A stretch of DNA of 63,155 bases, counting the filler, from Octopus bimaculoides (Eukaryota): NCBI RefSeq assembly GCF_001194135.2. It is 7 parts of 5 records of this genome, joined end to end, with 100 filler letters (N's around TTAATTAATTAA, not from the genome) between each part and the next. Parts side by side here need not be neighbours in the genome. Positions count along the whole stretch, not along the records: positions 1 to 29,961 come from NC_068990.1; 6 more parts are not named here. One strand, written 5' to 3'. The notes under the pieces are model-generated. The model did not search any database. It was given only the letters and a program-made list of their open reading frames with translations, and was not told the origin of the DNA. Position numbers and translations under genes: made by a program. Below, in pieces: positions 1-12,991 of the stretch; position 1 is the stretch's first letter; every line of letters begins with the position of its first letter.

Positions 1-39
<39 letters not shown>

Positions 40-44
40 TATGT

Positions 45-80
<36 letters not shown>

Positions 81-1671
81 CGTATGTAAGTATATAGGTA
101 TATATAGAGCTGCATATACTTGTCAGGGGAAGCTTCAAATACTTATTTCTCGTCATGATTCAAAACGATTTTGTGGTCTCATGTATTTATAACCAAAAAT
201 TGGTAATTTCAACCTAGTTTTGGTAGTTGGAACCTCACCATATTATCGATGGCGTGTAATTATAATTGTATGATCGTTTCTGAAATATCTTGTTTCAAAG
301 AATCCATTGATTCATACGCTCCATAGAGTGTTACTCAATTTCAACATTTTGAAAATACATTCAACAATAGAAACAGAACTGTAATTCTCTTTTGCAGCGC
401 CACCAAGCGTGTATATCATCGTTTTCCATTGACATCTCCATTTTCACAATTGAGTTAATCTGATAAACTTATATCTACCTAGCAATCCTTAACTTCCTCA
501 TGGACTCATCACGTGATACCTATAGCAACTGATGAATACATGCAGAGCGAACTGATTGTGTGATAATGATATTTTCTTACGACACATTAACGCCATATGT
601 GAAATGGAATTTCTTCACCCGGGAATCGGAACTAGCTTGAGAAGATTAGGCTTATCAAAAGCCTTAATACCCTCTCAATGGGATTTGCATCTACTCCCTA
701 TCATAAATTAGATATTTTTTCTTGTGTACAGTAAAAGAATTATTTTGCTGTTTTCTAGCCAAAGATCAGCCTTCATCGACGACACATGCTATGGAAGTCA
801 TTCCAACCGTGACCATTCCGTTCTTTTGAGACTTGTTGCGTCTTGGAGAACATTCTCTACTGTATCCTTTCCTTCCGTTTTTTGTTTCTTAATATGTTTT
901 ACCTGCTATTTCTAAATATGATTCACCTGCTATTTCTAATAGGTTTAACGACCATATTTCGCAACTTTTCTTTTACTGTTGTTATGAAATTATCTCAATC
1001 TACTATATACATACATACATACATACATGCACACATACATACATACATACATACACAAACGTGCACGTGTATATATATCGTGCAGATACGATGCTTAAAG
1101 TCGTCTCCTACAGGAATTGAACACATGCCTCAAAGGAACAGAGAACCAGTTATAGCAAATTATATAATCGTGTTTTGCTCTGTCAGCCATTTACAAAATA
1201 AATAAATAAATAAATAAATAATTACATAAAAAGTAAAAAAAATATAACAGCAGCAAAATCAAACAGAAACAAAACAAAAAAATAAAACAATGCAAACAGA
1301 GACTTAGGAAAAGGCGGGGGTTGTGTAAAACTTAGCTTCAGAAATCTTTATTAATTCTATTTCCTAATCATGTTGGAAACTTAGACATCGCCTCCATGCC
1401 AATCAACTTCAATCTCTCCACCACAACTCATCTTATAATCCATCTTCAGTCGCAGAGTATTTGTGAAGCGAAGAGACAGCACGAACCATGTTGGTAGTGA
1501 GGGAATAAAGACAGAGAACGAAGACGAAATGATAGATGGATAGAAAGAGAGAGAAAGAGAGAGTGTGAGTGAGGTGGAGATAGAATGAATGATTGAGAGA
1601 TAGAATAACTGTGAAAACATTGTAGAAAAATGGAAATAAAGAAAAAGCAAAGATAGAAGAAATAGAAAATA

Positions 1672-1672
<1 letters not shown>

Positions 1673-1726
<54 letters not shown>

Positions 1727-1875
1727 CAAAACAAAAGAAACGGCAACGATGTTTGTTATTAAATTAGAAGAGGCGAAACTTGGATGGCAATTTGATTAGG
1801 AAGGTTTTGTCATTAAAGTAATTACCCTACCACGTAACTAACCACCTCACAACCAGGGAGACAAATAGACAAAGC

Positions 1876-1917
<42 letters not shown>

Positions 1918-1944
1918 AGCCAGCACAGTAAGAAACAATCAAAT

Positions 1945-2033
<89 letters not shown>

Positions 2034-2560
2034 GAGAAACGCCATTGCAGGTAACAAACAGAAGACAAAAGCGACCTCTTTCGTCGGGAATAGAAAGCAT
2101 TTCTTCCCTTCGTCATTTTCTTTTCGTTTCGCCACGTTCTTTATTTCATCATGATCATCGTCACCACTCTTCTCCTCCTCCTCTTCTTCTTCATCATCAT
2201 CATCATCATCATCCTCATCATCATCGTCATCGTCATCGTCATCCTCCTCCTCATCATCATCATCATTACCGCCATCGTCGTTGTCATCGTCATCATTACC
2301 GTCATCATCTTCATCATCACCGTCGTCGTCGTCGTCGTCATCATCGTCATCATCGTCGTCGTGGCCGTCATTATCGTCCTCATCCACATCCCACCATCGT
2401 CTTTAATACCATTTTATCAATCGTCATCATAATAACCAATCTCATCATCATCATCATCATCATCATCAGCAGCATCACTATCCTCACCGTAATCACCACC
2501 AGGTTCAATATTACTATCAGTAACAATAGTAGCTGTACTATCATCATCATCAGCAGCAGT
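1673..2560. repeat. Compound microsatellite block: (AAT)n, (CAA)n, (GA)n and a long (CAT/CGT/CCT)n tract
   Basis: Read directly. It explains the poly-D/H/I ORF-track entries. Similar blocks occur throughout (e.g. 4785-5120, 10890-11047, 13669-13915, 22870-23320, 25510-26190, 37190-37313, 42345-42570, 54842-54962). Confidence 0.95.
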
Positions 2561-3032
2561 AGTATATATATATAAGGGGTTAATTTTGTTTTGTTTCTTC
2601 TGTTGTTTTAGTATATATATATATATATATATNNNNNNNNNNNNNNNNNNNNNNNNNNNNNNNNNNNNNNNNNNNNNNNNNNNNNNNNNNNNNNNNNNNN
2701 NNNNNNNNNNNNNNNNNNNNNNNNNNNNNNNNNNNNNNNNNNNNNNNNNNNNNNNNNNNNNNNNNNNNNNNNNNNNNNNNNNNNNNNNNNNNNNNNNNNN
2801 NNNNNNNNNNNNNNNNNNNNNNNNNNNNNNNNNNNNNNNNNNNNNNNNNNNNNNNNNNNNNNNNNNNNNNNNNNNNNNNNNNNNNNNNNNNNNNNNNNNN
2901 NNNNNNNNNNNNNNNNNNNNNNNNNNNNNNNNNNNNNNNNNNNNNNNNGCTATGAAGAAAGGCTAATGATAGCTGCCAGCTACTATCACGTCCTTGTTTA
3001 CATATTACTGACAACAGAAAACAACTGATAAG

Positions 3033-3075
<43 letters not shown>

Positions 3076-3825
3076 ACACCACACACACACACACAGACAC
3101 ACACACACACACACCACCGCCGGACACACTAGCATGCATATACAAAATCATACACATACATTCTCATGCATTTGCATTCTTATGCACACATGGTACTTAT
3201 ATACATAAGCATGCACTCACATATACGCACACATATACACACACATTCTCATATACATACTTGTGTATAAGTACACACATTCAGACGCATATACACACGC
3301 GTACACACGCTCACATATACATACACACACATATATGTACATATACATACTTCCACACACACGCACACACACACACACACACAGACACACACATATATAT
3401 ATGCGCATTGACTCATATACGGCATTGACATGCACAAATGCACTACAACACAGACATACACACACATGCATACTTTTTCACAAGCATTCGCATAAATATA
3501 CACTCATGAATGTAGATACATATATACACACATTCGTGGTCTCACACACACACAAACACACACATACACACATATATATATATACTCACTAACACACAGA
3601 TTTGTACATATGCTCATAGGGACGTACATAGACACGCATGCGAGAATAATAATAATAATAATAATAATAAAAAGCAAAAACAAAATGAAGAACGAAATAA
3701 AGAAACAAAAAGATGAAGAAACAAGGGTTTGTACAATCAATTAGCTCGGCTGGTGATGTGTATATATACTGTGTGTATATATGTATGAAAACATTCCTCT
3801 GTGAATGCATATCTGCATGTGTGTG

Positions 3826-3861
<36 letters not shown>

Positions 3862-4172
3862 AACATGTATCTATTTACATGAAACCTTAAGGCTGTCGTC
3901 AATAAGAAACGATTTGCTCATTACTTCAACTGAGATCCATCTTGTTAAAAGACTGAACACTAGTAAGTTTCCTAATTAGATTAGAAAACCATATTGATCC
4001 CCCCACCCCACACGACATTGGCATATAAACACCGTTTCATTTGTGGAATAACTTTGTCTGTCTGACGGCAGTGACCACCAGGACTTAGCTGGTACTTATT
4101 TCATCAAGCACATAAAACGGACCAAACAGGACTTGTATTTTTGTCTCACTTTCTACCAGTACATATGCGTAT

Positions 4173-4217
<45 letters not shown>

Positions 4218-4570
4218 GATCTATCGATCCATACGTCTATAAATGTATATGCATATAATGTAGAATTTGAGGGTTACCCTGCCCCTCAAGATTGACCTTA
4301 TCAATATCAACCTCGTCAACGAAAATCTGAAAACTGTCATTGATAGCCTCAATTTCGTTATCGCACATCTCGATTACGTTGTCAACTATGTGAATTTATT
4401 CATCGTCAATTTTAATTTCATCATCGTCAACTTCAACGTCGTCACTGGGAGATGAAGTGAACTTCTCCCTTTTAAGAAAAAGGCGTTGACATCATTGCTT
4501 ACTTTGTCGAAAACATGTAAAAGGATGTAAAAAGATTGTATAAACAACAACAACAACAACAGCAACAACA

Positions 4571-4780
4571 ATCCTTTCTACTAAAGGGATAAGGCCTGAG
4601 GTTTTGGGGGAGGAGGCAAGTCGATTACATCGACCCCAGTGTTTTATTGGGACTTGATTTATCGAGGCAAAGGCAAAGGCAAAGTTGATCTTGGCGAATT
4701 TGAACTCAGAACGTAAAGACAGACGAAATACCGCTGAGCATTTTGTCCGGCGTGATAACGATCCTGCCAGCTCGTCACCT
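4571..4780 (-). mobile_element. Meta-SINE-like copy
   Basis: Reverse-complement similarity to 18103-18317. Confidence 0.8.
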
Positions 4781-4784
4781 AGAC

Positions 4785-4863
<79 letters not shown>

Positions 4864-5074
4864 GCAAACCACAGCACATACCCAAGGCGCACAGAGCTGC
4901 GCTCGGTAGTGAAGTGAAAGCACGTTATAAAAATAAAACTACTGAACAATAATAATAATAATAATGATGATGATGATAATAATAATAATAATAATAATAA
5001 TAGTAATAATAATAATAATAATAATAATGATGATGATGATGATGATGACGATGGCAATGATGATGATGATGATC

Positions 5075-5123
<49 letters not shown>

Positions 5124-5127
5124 AAAT

Positions 5128-5250
5128 AATCTTTTTCTCTATTGGTACAAGGCCGTTAACTTTGGGGGATTTTCCTCGATCGCCAAAGAACGAAAGGTAA
5201 AGTCGACCTCACCGCCAACTGAACTCAGAATGTAAAGATGGATGAAGTGC
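5128..5250 (-). mobile_element. Degenerate Meta-SINE-like fragment
   Basis: ggtacaaggcc..aaaggtaaagtcgacctc..tgaactcagaa match. Confidence 0.6.
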
Positions 5251-5254
5251 TACT

Positions 5255-5510
5255 AAACATGGCATAGTGGTAAAGAGCGTGGGCTACTAACCCCAAGATT
5301 CCGAGTTCGATTCCAGGCAATGACCTGAATAATGATAATAATAATAATAACAACATCGAAAAATACCTTAGAAATGAGAACACAGGTTCGAAATTTCTCC
5401 AAGACACCTGATGAAGACTTGGAGGGTATATCAGCCGAAACGTTGTGTTAACAACAAACACTGAGGACAAATATCCGTCAACTGTAAATAATGTAAATAA
5501 TGTAAATAAT
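5255..5510 (+). mobile_element. tRNA-headed SINE-like element carrying a minimal hammerhead ribozyme
   Basis: A-box TGGCATAGTGG 5260-70, B-box GTTCGATTC 5305-13, (AAT)n linker, hammerhead 5403-5449 and (TGTAAATAA)x3 tail 5483-5509. The 3' half recurs inverted at 26812-26943. Confidence 0.7.
5403..5449 (+). ncRNA. Minimal type I hammerhead ribozyme, family A
   Basis: GACAC-CTGATGA-A-GACTTG..CAGCC-GAAA-CGTT-GTGTT. Stem I GACAC/GTGTT; stem II has one mismatch and one bulge; the palindromic ACGT stem III is typical of Penelope-type minimal hammerheads. Confidence 0.72.
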
Positions 5511-5660
5511 TACAATGCAATAATTGTCGCACCTTGCATTACCCTAAGCAAACATACACTTAGTATATTAGATACAGTATATTAGAAACAGTATATAAAG
5601 CACAACAAATGCAAAAATAAAAATAAAAGTAACAGTGTAAGCTTTTATTCATTATTCTCT

Positions 5661-6100
5661 TCATAACTCTCTTAACATATTCCTAAAGCATCCAGTACAA
5701 TCATATTCGGTAATAAAATTTGACCCAATGTCGATCAATATATTGAACTCATCATCAATAAACCTTGGATTAATGTAATTCTTTCTATTACTAACCATAT
5801 TTTCAGCTGGGTTGAATGTGGGTCTTTGTGGAAGTGAGAATGATACTTCTTCGTATTTTGACGTAAGTATCCGATAAACAATCATGTTCTTATGAAATCA
5901 GTGTACAATTCTCGAAGCGTTTTCCATCGTTCCAATTAAGAAATGTATAGATGAAATAAAAGCTCGAGGAGTTGAAGGTACCAGTTCTCTGTCTATGGTA
6001 GATTTCCCTATTTTTAATTGTGGCGCAATATATATTTCGTGAATGCAATCCAAGCGCTGGCTTACAGGAGATAGTTAGAAATGTTGACCTCCAACTTCGT
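5661..6100 (-). pseudogene. Candidate decayed terminal exon: 146-codon frame with two internal stops
   Basis: Acceptor ttgttttctttttcttatAG| at 6101/6100. The phase-1 frame reads EVGGQHF*LSPVSQRLDCIHEIYIAP...RIVH*FHKNMIVYRIL...NMLREL*, with stops at 6077-75 and 5900-5898. AATAAA at 5649-5644 is followed by a U-rich tract. Product not recognised. Confidence 0.3.
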
Positions 6101-7102
6101 CTATAAGAAAAAGAAAACAAAATTATTTTCAAATTTTTTCTGCCACATATATGTTAAACACACGCACACACTCACACACACACACACGCGCGCGCGCGTA
6201 CACACTCACACATACAGAAATCCTAGCTTAGTGTTTACGTCGTATATAATTTATATATGTACAAACACACATCTAGATACAAGATTATTCATTGAAAGTC
6301 AAGTGTAAATTAGACATTAACAAACTAAGAGCAGTGTCTCAAGCAGACGAAGTTTTGAATATAGTGTATACATACATACATACATACACACACACACAAA
6401 CGCTTATACTTGCATTTATGTTTTGTATGTGCTTGTCTATGGTGTGTGTGTGTATTTTATTGGATGTATAAATGAGAGATGCATAAGAGATAAGATTTTT
6501 ATCTTGAAGTGCTCGCGTAAGACAAGAAAGATACAGATAAATAATAAATAAAATTACGCAAAATCTAAAGTCAAAGCAAGCATCTTTGGTGGAAAGCCTC
6601 TCAGCTACAAAACGGCACAATATTCTACTTGTGGCTGGAAGTAACTGTTTCGTAGACATTCTTGGCAAGAATATGTAATTAGCGATTTTCGCCAATTCGT
6701 TATACTTGATACCAAACTTAACAATGGCATTAACATAGCCAGATATACGGCTTCTGTGGCATTATGCTTCTAAAAGCCCCTTAACAGCAAACTTGATAAA
6801 ACTCTATTCGGAAAGGAACCTCGCCGTGCTCGAAAGAAACTTCATACAAACATATATATATACATATATACATTCATATATGTATTTTGTAGTCTAACTA
6901 CAAAATGGATAGTCACAAAAGAGTATATACTTCTTTATTACCGACCATCTCACAGATTGAATTGGGTGGTAGATTAAATAACAGCTAAATCAACCTCAAG
7001 CTTCACACTATGGTTTGTTAAGAAAGGCAATGCAGAAAGCTAGAAATCTGAAACGAGGTAGCGGCAGCAATTTTTGAGTTTCCCTCTTTGTATCCTTTAA
7101 GA

Positions 7103-7486
7103 GTGGAGGCGCAATGGCACAGTGGTCAGGGCAGCGGACTTGCGGTCATAGGATCACGGTTTCAATTCCCAGACCGGGCGTTGTGAGTGTTTATTGAGCG
7201 AAAACACCTAAAGCTCCACAAGGCTCCGGCAGGGGATGGTGGTGAACCCTGCTGTACTCTTTCACCACAACTTTGTCTCACTCTTACTTCCTGTTTCTGT
7301 TGTGCCTGTAATTCGAAGGGTCAGCCTTGTCACACTGTGTCACGCTGAATATCCCCGAGAACTACGTTAAGGGTACACGTGTCTGTTGAGTGCTCAGCCA
7401 CTTGCATGTTAATTTCACGAGCAGGCTGTTCCGTTGATCGGATCAACTGGAACCCTCGACGTCGTAAGCGACGGAGTGCCAACAAC
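7103..7486 (+). mobile_element. Full-length tRNA-derived SINE (resembles octopus OK-type) with perfect 11-bp TSD
   Basis: A/B-box head, (AAC)n tail, TSD ATCCTTTAAGA at 7092-7102 and 7487-7497; homologous copies at 23939 and 44813. Confidence 0.9.
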
Positions 7487-8356
7487 ATCCTTTAAGAATA
7501 GTGAAACAGAAAGAGGTATAGAGTGTAAGGCACAGGCAGAGAGGAAAGATTATGATGAGGATGATAGCAGCAGTATGTTTGTGGGACGTCAAATCCTGTT
7601 TTCTCATACCTTCTGTCTCTCTGTAATCTTTCTGCCTTTCCCTCCCTCCGCTCTGTCTCTCTCTCCTCTCTGAAATGATGGAATACAGATCGATCAGCAG
7701 AGACAGAGACATACACACATGAAGAGATAATCAAAGATCGAAGTGGATGAGAGCGGTGTTAAAGATGGTGGTGGTTTGAAATCTGAATAACGCATTCATT
7801 CATTGAATCAACGCGTTGCAAAATCCTTCTTGAGATAACAACGAAATGTAATTTACTTTCGATTCAATTTCAAAAGAAGTACGGGGTGGATTCCACTTCA
7901 AAATGCCTATGTTGTCTTTCACAATGTAACAATGAGTATTTATAGGGATTGCAGTGGATTGAAGTTCGGAAGGGCAGAAGAAATCCGTAAATTGCATTTC
8001 ACCGCAAAAAAGAAATTATCTCAATCAGTTGAGCTTGGATCAAAACAGCCGACAGTCCTGCTTTCTTGCAACTACTTATGTACTAAACAAACTCAGAATA
8101 TTTTGCATTCTTAAATAGTACAGATTTGGAAAATATTGCGGATTCTGAATAAACTATTAATCTCTAAGTTCCTAGAAATGTGTATTTAGAGGTTTTTGGA
8201 GGTATCCTTCCACCTACATACAGTTATTGATAAGTATATAAGTATGCTTATGAGAACATCTAATGATATACATTTAAATATACATACATATACACACAAA
8301 AATAAAGATAGATAGATACATATATACATACATATATGCATATATACATATACATG

Positions 8357-8392
<36 letters not shown>

Positions 8393-10201
8393 AGCATAGT
8401 TATAGGAACCTAAAGAACAAGCTACAACTCATTGTAAACAAGTTCTTCAGTGACCTTTTAGAAGATGCGGATTAGATTTTATTGCGTTCGGAGTGTTGTG
8501 TGGATTTTTACTTCCCCAAACTTTGCTCTTTATTATTTCTAATAATCCATTTTTTAAATTTTTTACCAATCAAAACACTTTGCCTCAGTATGTACTTCAT
8601 CATAACCGAATAATACATCTTTTAAAAATGAATTTAAAAAAAAAAAAGAAAAAGAGATAGATTCCAAAGATCTCAGGTTGAAGGTGGTAACAGTTGCATA
8701 CCGAGTGAGATTCAGTATATGGCTTTCCATTTTCTCACAAACACACACAAGCACTTACATAAAGCACAGATTCACACATGGAGACTTACACACACGGACG
8801 CACACAAATTCACACGGATATACATGTATATGCATGCACACAAATACATAATAAACAAAGACATATTTAATTTAATCTGAATAAAAGTTACAAGAGCGGT
8901 TGATGGATTAAGAGCGTCGTGCGTGGCAGTTTTCAAGCTTTAAGGGCCGTGGAGTCACTTTTGTAACATTTATTACCGAGTGAAAATAAGATGTATACTC
9001 ATACATTGTCTACAATAATGTGTGTGTCCTGTTTGTTCCTTGCAAACCTATGTCTCTCATTCTACACGCACACTCTGTCTGACGGGACCTTGATGAATGC
9101 CATGAGGCAGGAAAGTATACTAGTCCTTATATATTTAATACTCTATATTTAATACTCAATATTTCATATATTCAATAAGACATTCAATACTTCATTTCAT
9201 TTTACTATTTATATTATATATTCCATATTCTATATCTCACATTAATTTTATAAGAATATAGATAAAACATCAAAAACGGACAGAGTTGGAACTCTTTTAA
9301 ATAATATATTCCTCTATACACAATCATACAAAACCCTTTTTTTATATANNNNNNNNNNNNNNNNNNNNNNNNNNNNNNNNNNNNNNNNNNNNNNNNNNNN
9401 NNNNNNNNNNNNNNNNNNNNNNNNNNNNNNNNNNNNNNNNNNNNNNNNNNNNNNNNNNNNNNNNNNNNNNNNNNNNNNNNNNNNNNNNNNNNNNNNNNNN
9501 NNNNNNNNNNNNNNNNNNNNNNNNNNNNNNNNNNNNNNNNNNNNNNNNNNNNNNNNNNNNNNNNNNNNNNNNNNNNNNNNNNNNNNNNNNNNNNNNNNNN
9601 NNNNNNNNNNNNNNNNNNNNNNNNNNNNNNNNNNNNNNNNNNNNNNNNNNNNNNNNNNNNNNNNNNNNNNNNNNNNNNNNNNNNNNNNNNNNNNNNNNNN
9701 NNNNNNNNNNNNNNNNNNNNNNNNNNNNNNNNNNNNNNNNNNNNNNNNNNNNNNNNNNNNNNNNNNNNNNNNNNNNNNNNNNNNNNNNNNNNNNNNNNNN
9801 NNNNNNNNNNNNNNNNNNNNNNNNNNNNNNNNNNNNNNNNNNNNNNNNNNNNNNNNNNNNNNNNNNNNNNNNNNNNNNNNNNNNNNNNNNNNNNNNNNNN
9901 NNNNNNNNNNNNNNNNNNNNNNNNNNNNNNNNNNNNNNNNNNNNNNNNNNNNNNNNNNNNNNNNNNNNNNNNNNNNNNNNNNNNNNNNNNNNNNNNNNNN
10001 NNNNNNNNNNNNNNNNNNNNNNNNNNNNNNNNNNNNNNNNNNNNNNNNNNNNNNNNGTGTTGTAATATATAATTAAGGGAAGCCATGTCTATATTTAAAC
10101 ATATGTTCTGAGAACGACTGATGAATTTTCTTGAAATACTGTTCTCTACATGAAAATGCAATCTGTGTGTACGTGTGTGTATATGGGTATAGACACACAC
10201 A

Positions 10202-10258
<57 letters not shown>

Positions 10259-10890
10259 GCACGCACACACATACACACACGCTCACACATACACACACGT
10301 GCGCGCAGGCACACTCCCGCAGAGACGCTTACACACAATATGAAGGGTGTATTTTATATGTTGAAACCGCAATATTGATGTTAGTGACAGTTAATAATAA
10401 CATGCACTTAACACTGAGAAAACTGGGGCAGTGCAGAATGTGGGGTGTTGATAGGAAAGTATACAGAATATAAGCTACAGTGAGAAATAGAAACCTCTGA
10501 GTGGGCGGTGGCGAATGCAATGGGTAAAAGAATTAGAAAGGTGGGGTGAGAGAGAGAGACAGTGAAAGAGAAGGTGCGAGAGAGAGAAAGAGAGTAGGTG
10601 AGTGAGAGAGAGGGAGAGGGAGAGAGAGGGAGAGGGAGAGGATAGGAAGTAATAAACCGGAAGCTGAGATCTGATATATTCAATATATTCATTGTTGCTA
10701 TGTTTCTATGTTGCCACGTTGCTAATTGCGTTTCGCACCCAAAGTTACGTTAGGTACTAGAGAAGCACGTGATTACAGACTTACAGATTATTATTACAAG
10801 TGGTGAGATGTATAAGTGTATATGTATACACAGACACACACATACGCATATGATTGCCCCCCCCCATATATATTTATATATGTATATATG

Positions 10891-10945
<55 letters not shown>

Positions 10946-10997
10946 TAAGAAGAAGAAGAAGAAGATTAAAATAATAATAATAATAATAATAATAATG

Positions 10998-11050
<53 letters not shown>

Positions 11051-11129
11051 AAAAATGCACCAAACCACAGAAAATGCACCAAACCACAGACAAAAATATG
11101 AACGGGAGGGAATACGAAACAAATCTATA

Positions 11130-11985
11130 ACCTGGAAACAGTGAAGATGAACCTAATGATTATGATATTCTAAAATGAGCATAATCAAAGAACTGAAAGC
11201 CACAGATCTCAGTATGGACCACCGATTGTACCTCCCAAAAATTAAAATTGATGCTAAAACAACATCAATAATAAATAGCATGAACCTGGCCATCACAGAA
11301 CTAATAGCCACAGAAACAATTGTCAATATCGCTGGGCTAAACGCAGCAGCCACTGTGACCACAAAAGAAGCTGGGTACTCCCTCAAACCTATCCAAACAG
11401 GAGTACCACCACTCAAACAAAGGCTGTGGATAAATAATATCCAGAAAAAAATAGAAAACAAGAGGAAAGATCTGTCAATCCTTAACGAAACTAGTAGACA
11501 ATCAACATAACTAAGCAACAAGAAGAGAACAAAAATACTGCGTAAATACAAAATTATAGAAAAGGTTTACCTGAGGTAAAAGAAAAGCTAATGCAAGATA
11601 TCCTAGCCAAAGCACAAAGAATCTGCCGGTATGAGAAACACCAACATATCTTTGAACAAAACAAACAATAGATTCTACCAAGAACTTGGCAAAAATAAAA
11701 TGGATATCAATGCAGTATCAACAGCAGAAGTGGAAGAATTTTGGAAAGAAATATGGTCGGTAAAGGTCTATCAGAAAAAGGTCTATCAAAACAACGAACT
11801 CAGCACCTGAACAATTCTGGAACCCTATAACAACTGAAGAGGTCACCCAGGCACTGCAAAAACTAAGCAACTGGAAAGCACCCGGGCACGATAAGAGCCC
11901 CAACTTCTGGTTAAAATGTCTAAAGGAACACATGAAAAGCTGGCTGAGAAATTTATTGACATACTAATAGAGCCAGAGATAATGC
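11130..11985 (+). mobile_element. R4/Dong-clade non-LTR retrotransposon relic (region upstream of RT to RT start)
   Basis: Frameshifted frames WINNIQKKIENKRKDLSIL, AKAQRICRYEK, EVEEFWKEIW and PITTEEVTQALQKLSNWKAPGHDKSPNFWLKCL (11824-11922). NWKAPG.D...FWLK is characteristic of R4-type RTs. Confidence 0.72.
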
Positions 11986-12045
11986 CTAAATATATATATA
12001 TATATGTGTGTGTGTGTACATACACACACACACACACACACACAC

Positions 12046-12093
<48 letters not shown>

Positions 12094-12958
12094 TTGCACT
12101 TTGTGTCTGGCAAATGCCTACCAGTGCCGTCATAAAAGCTCCTATTTTACTTGTTGCTGACTACCACATATTATTTCCAACGTTCCCAGTTATGTATGCA
12201 GTACTCCGTGTTGCGTAGGATAAATATATTAATAATTTGGAACACTGCACAGATGGAGATTTTATATTTTTATAAATGCATTGCTACATATGTTTCGACA
12301 TGTGGGACCATCTACCCGTATCCGTAGGGTATCGTTGAATATTATTCACGATCGCATGGACCATTTGGGAACCCATTAATTCGACATGCATACATTTTCA
12401 GGCAATTTTTGCAGAGTTTACATTGGATTTCCACGTTGTTTAGACTTCAGGATATTAATCATTCTACACCAATGGAAAAATTCTGTTGGATTAATGGGCG
12501 GTGCTTGTGAATTCTTACAAACTATTAAATAAATAGACGTATTGATAAACTCAAGAACTTTGAGAGAAAAAGTTTTGTTCGTTGTTTACATATAAACGCA
12601 GGTGCACATGGATGGCGTATGTATGTATGAATGAATGTATGTATGTTTGTATGTATGAATGAATGTATGTATATTTGTATGTATGTATGTATGTACACAT
12701 GTATACGAGCTGTGAGCTCCCCAATATTGTCAATCACAATTATTAACGAGGTGACAACGAAAAGCGTCTAAATCATTTTCACTTTGAGCAGAAATCTCAA
12801 TGGGACTAGCATATCCTCGTTAATGAAATGAATACCTGTAATGTACTGCGGTCCATTGAATCAATTAGACCTCACTCTACCTTCACTCTACACGTTTCTG
12901 GCCTTCCGCCAATTTATGAGATCATGTTGTTTCACCTCTCTCTCTCTCTCTCTCTCTC

Positions 12959-12991
<33 letters not shown>

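Noticed and set aside
1944-2575. Poly-Asp, poly-His and poly-Ile ORFs, and all similar low-complexity ORFs
   Set aside because: Translations of trinucleotide and dinucleotide microsatellites, open in several frames at once.
6339-6830. 118-aa minus ORF (MAKIANYIFLPRM..)
   Set aside because: It runs into microsatellite sequence; no recognisable motif or splice support.
7103-7175. tRNA gene calls for tRNA-like heads (also 5255-5320, 14700-14771, 24250-24324, 45130-45204, 48286-48345, 50870-50940)
   Set aside because: No complete cloverleaf, and most continue into SINE bodies; these are SINE heads.
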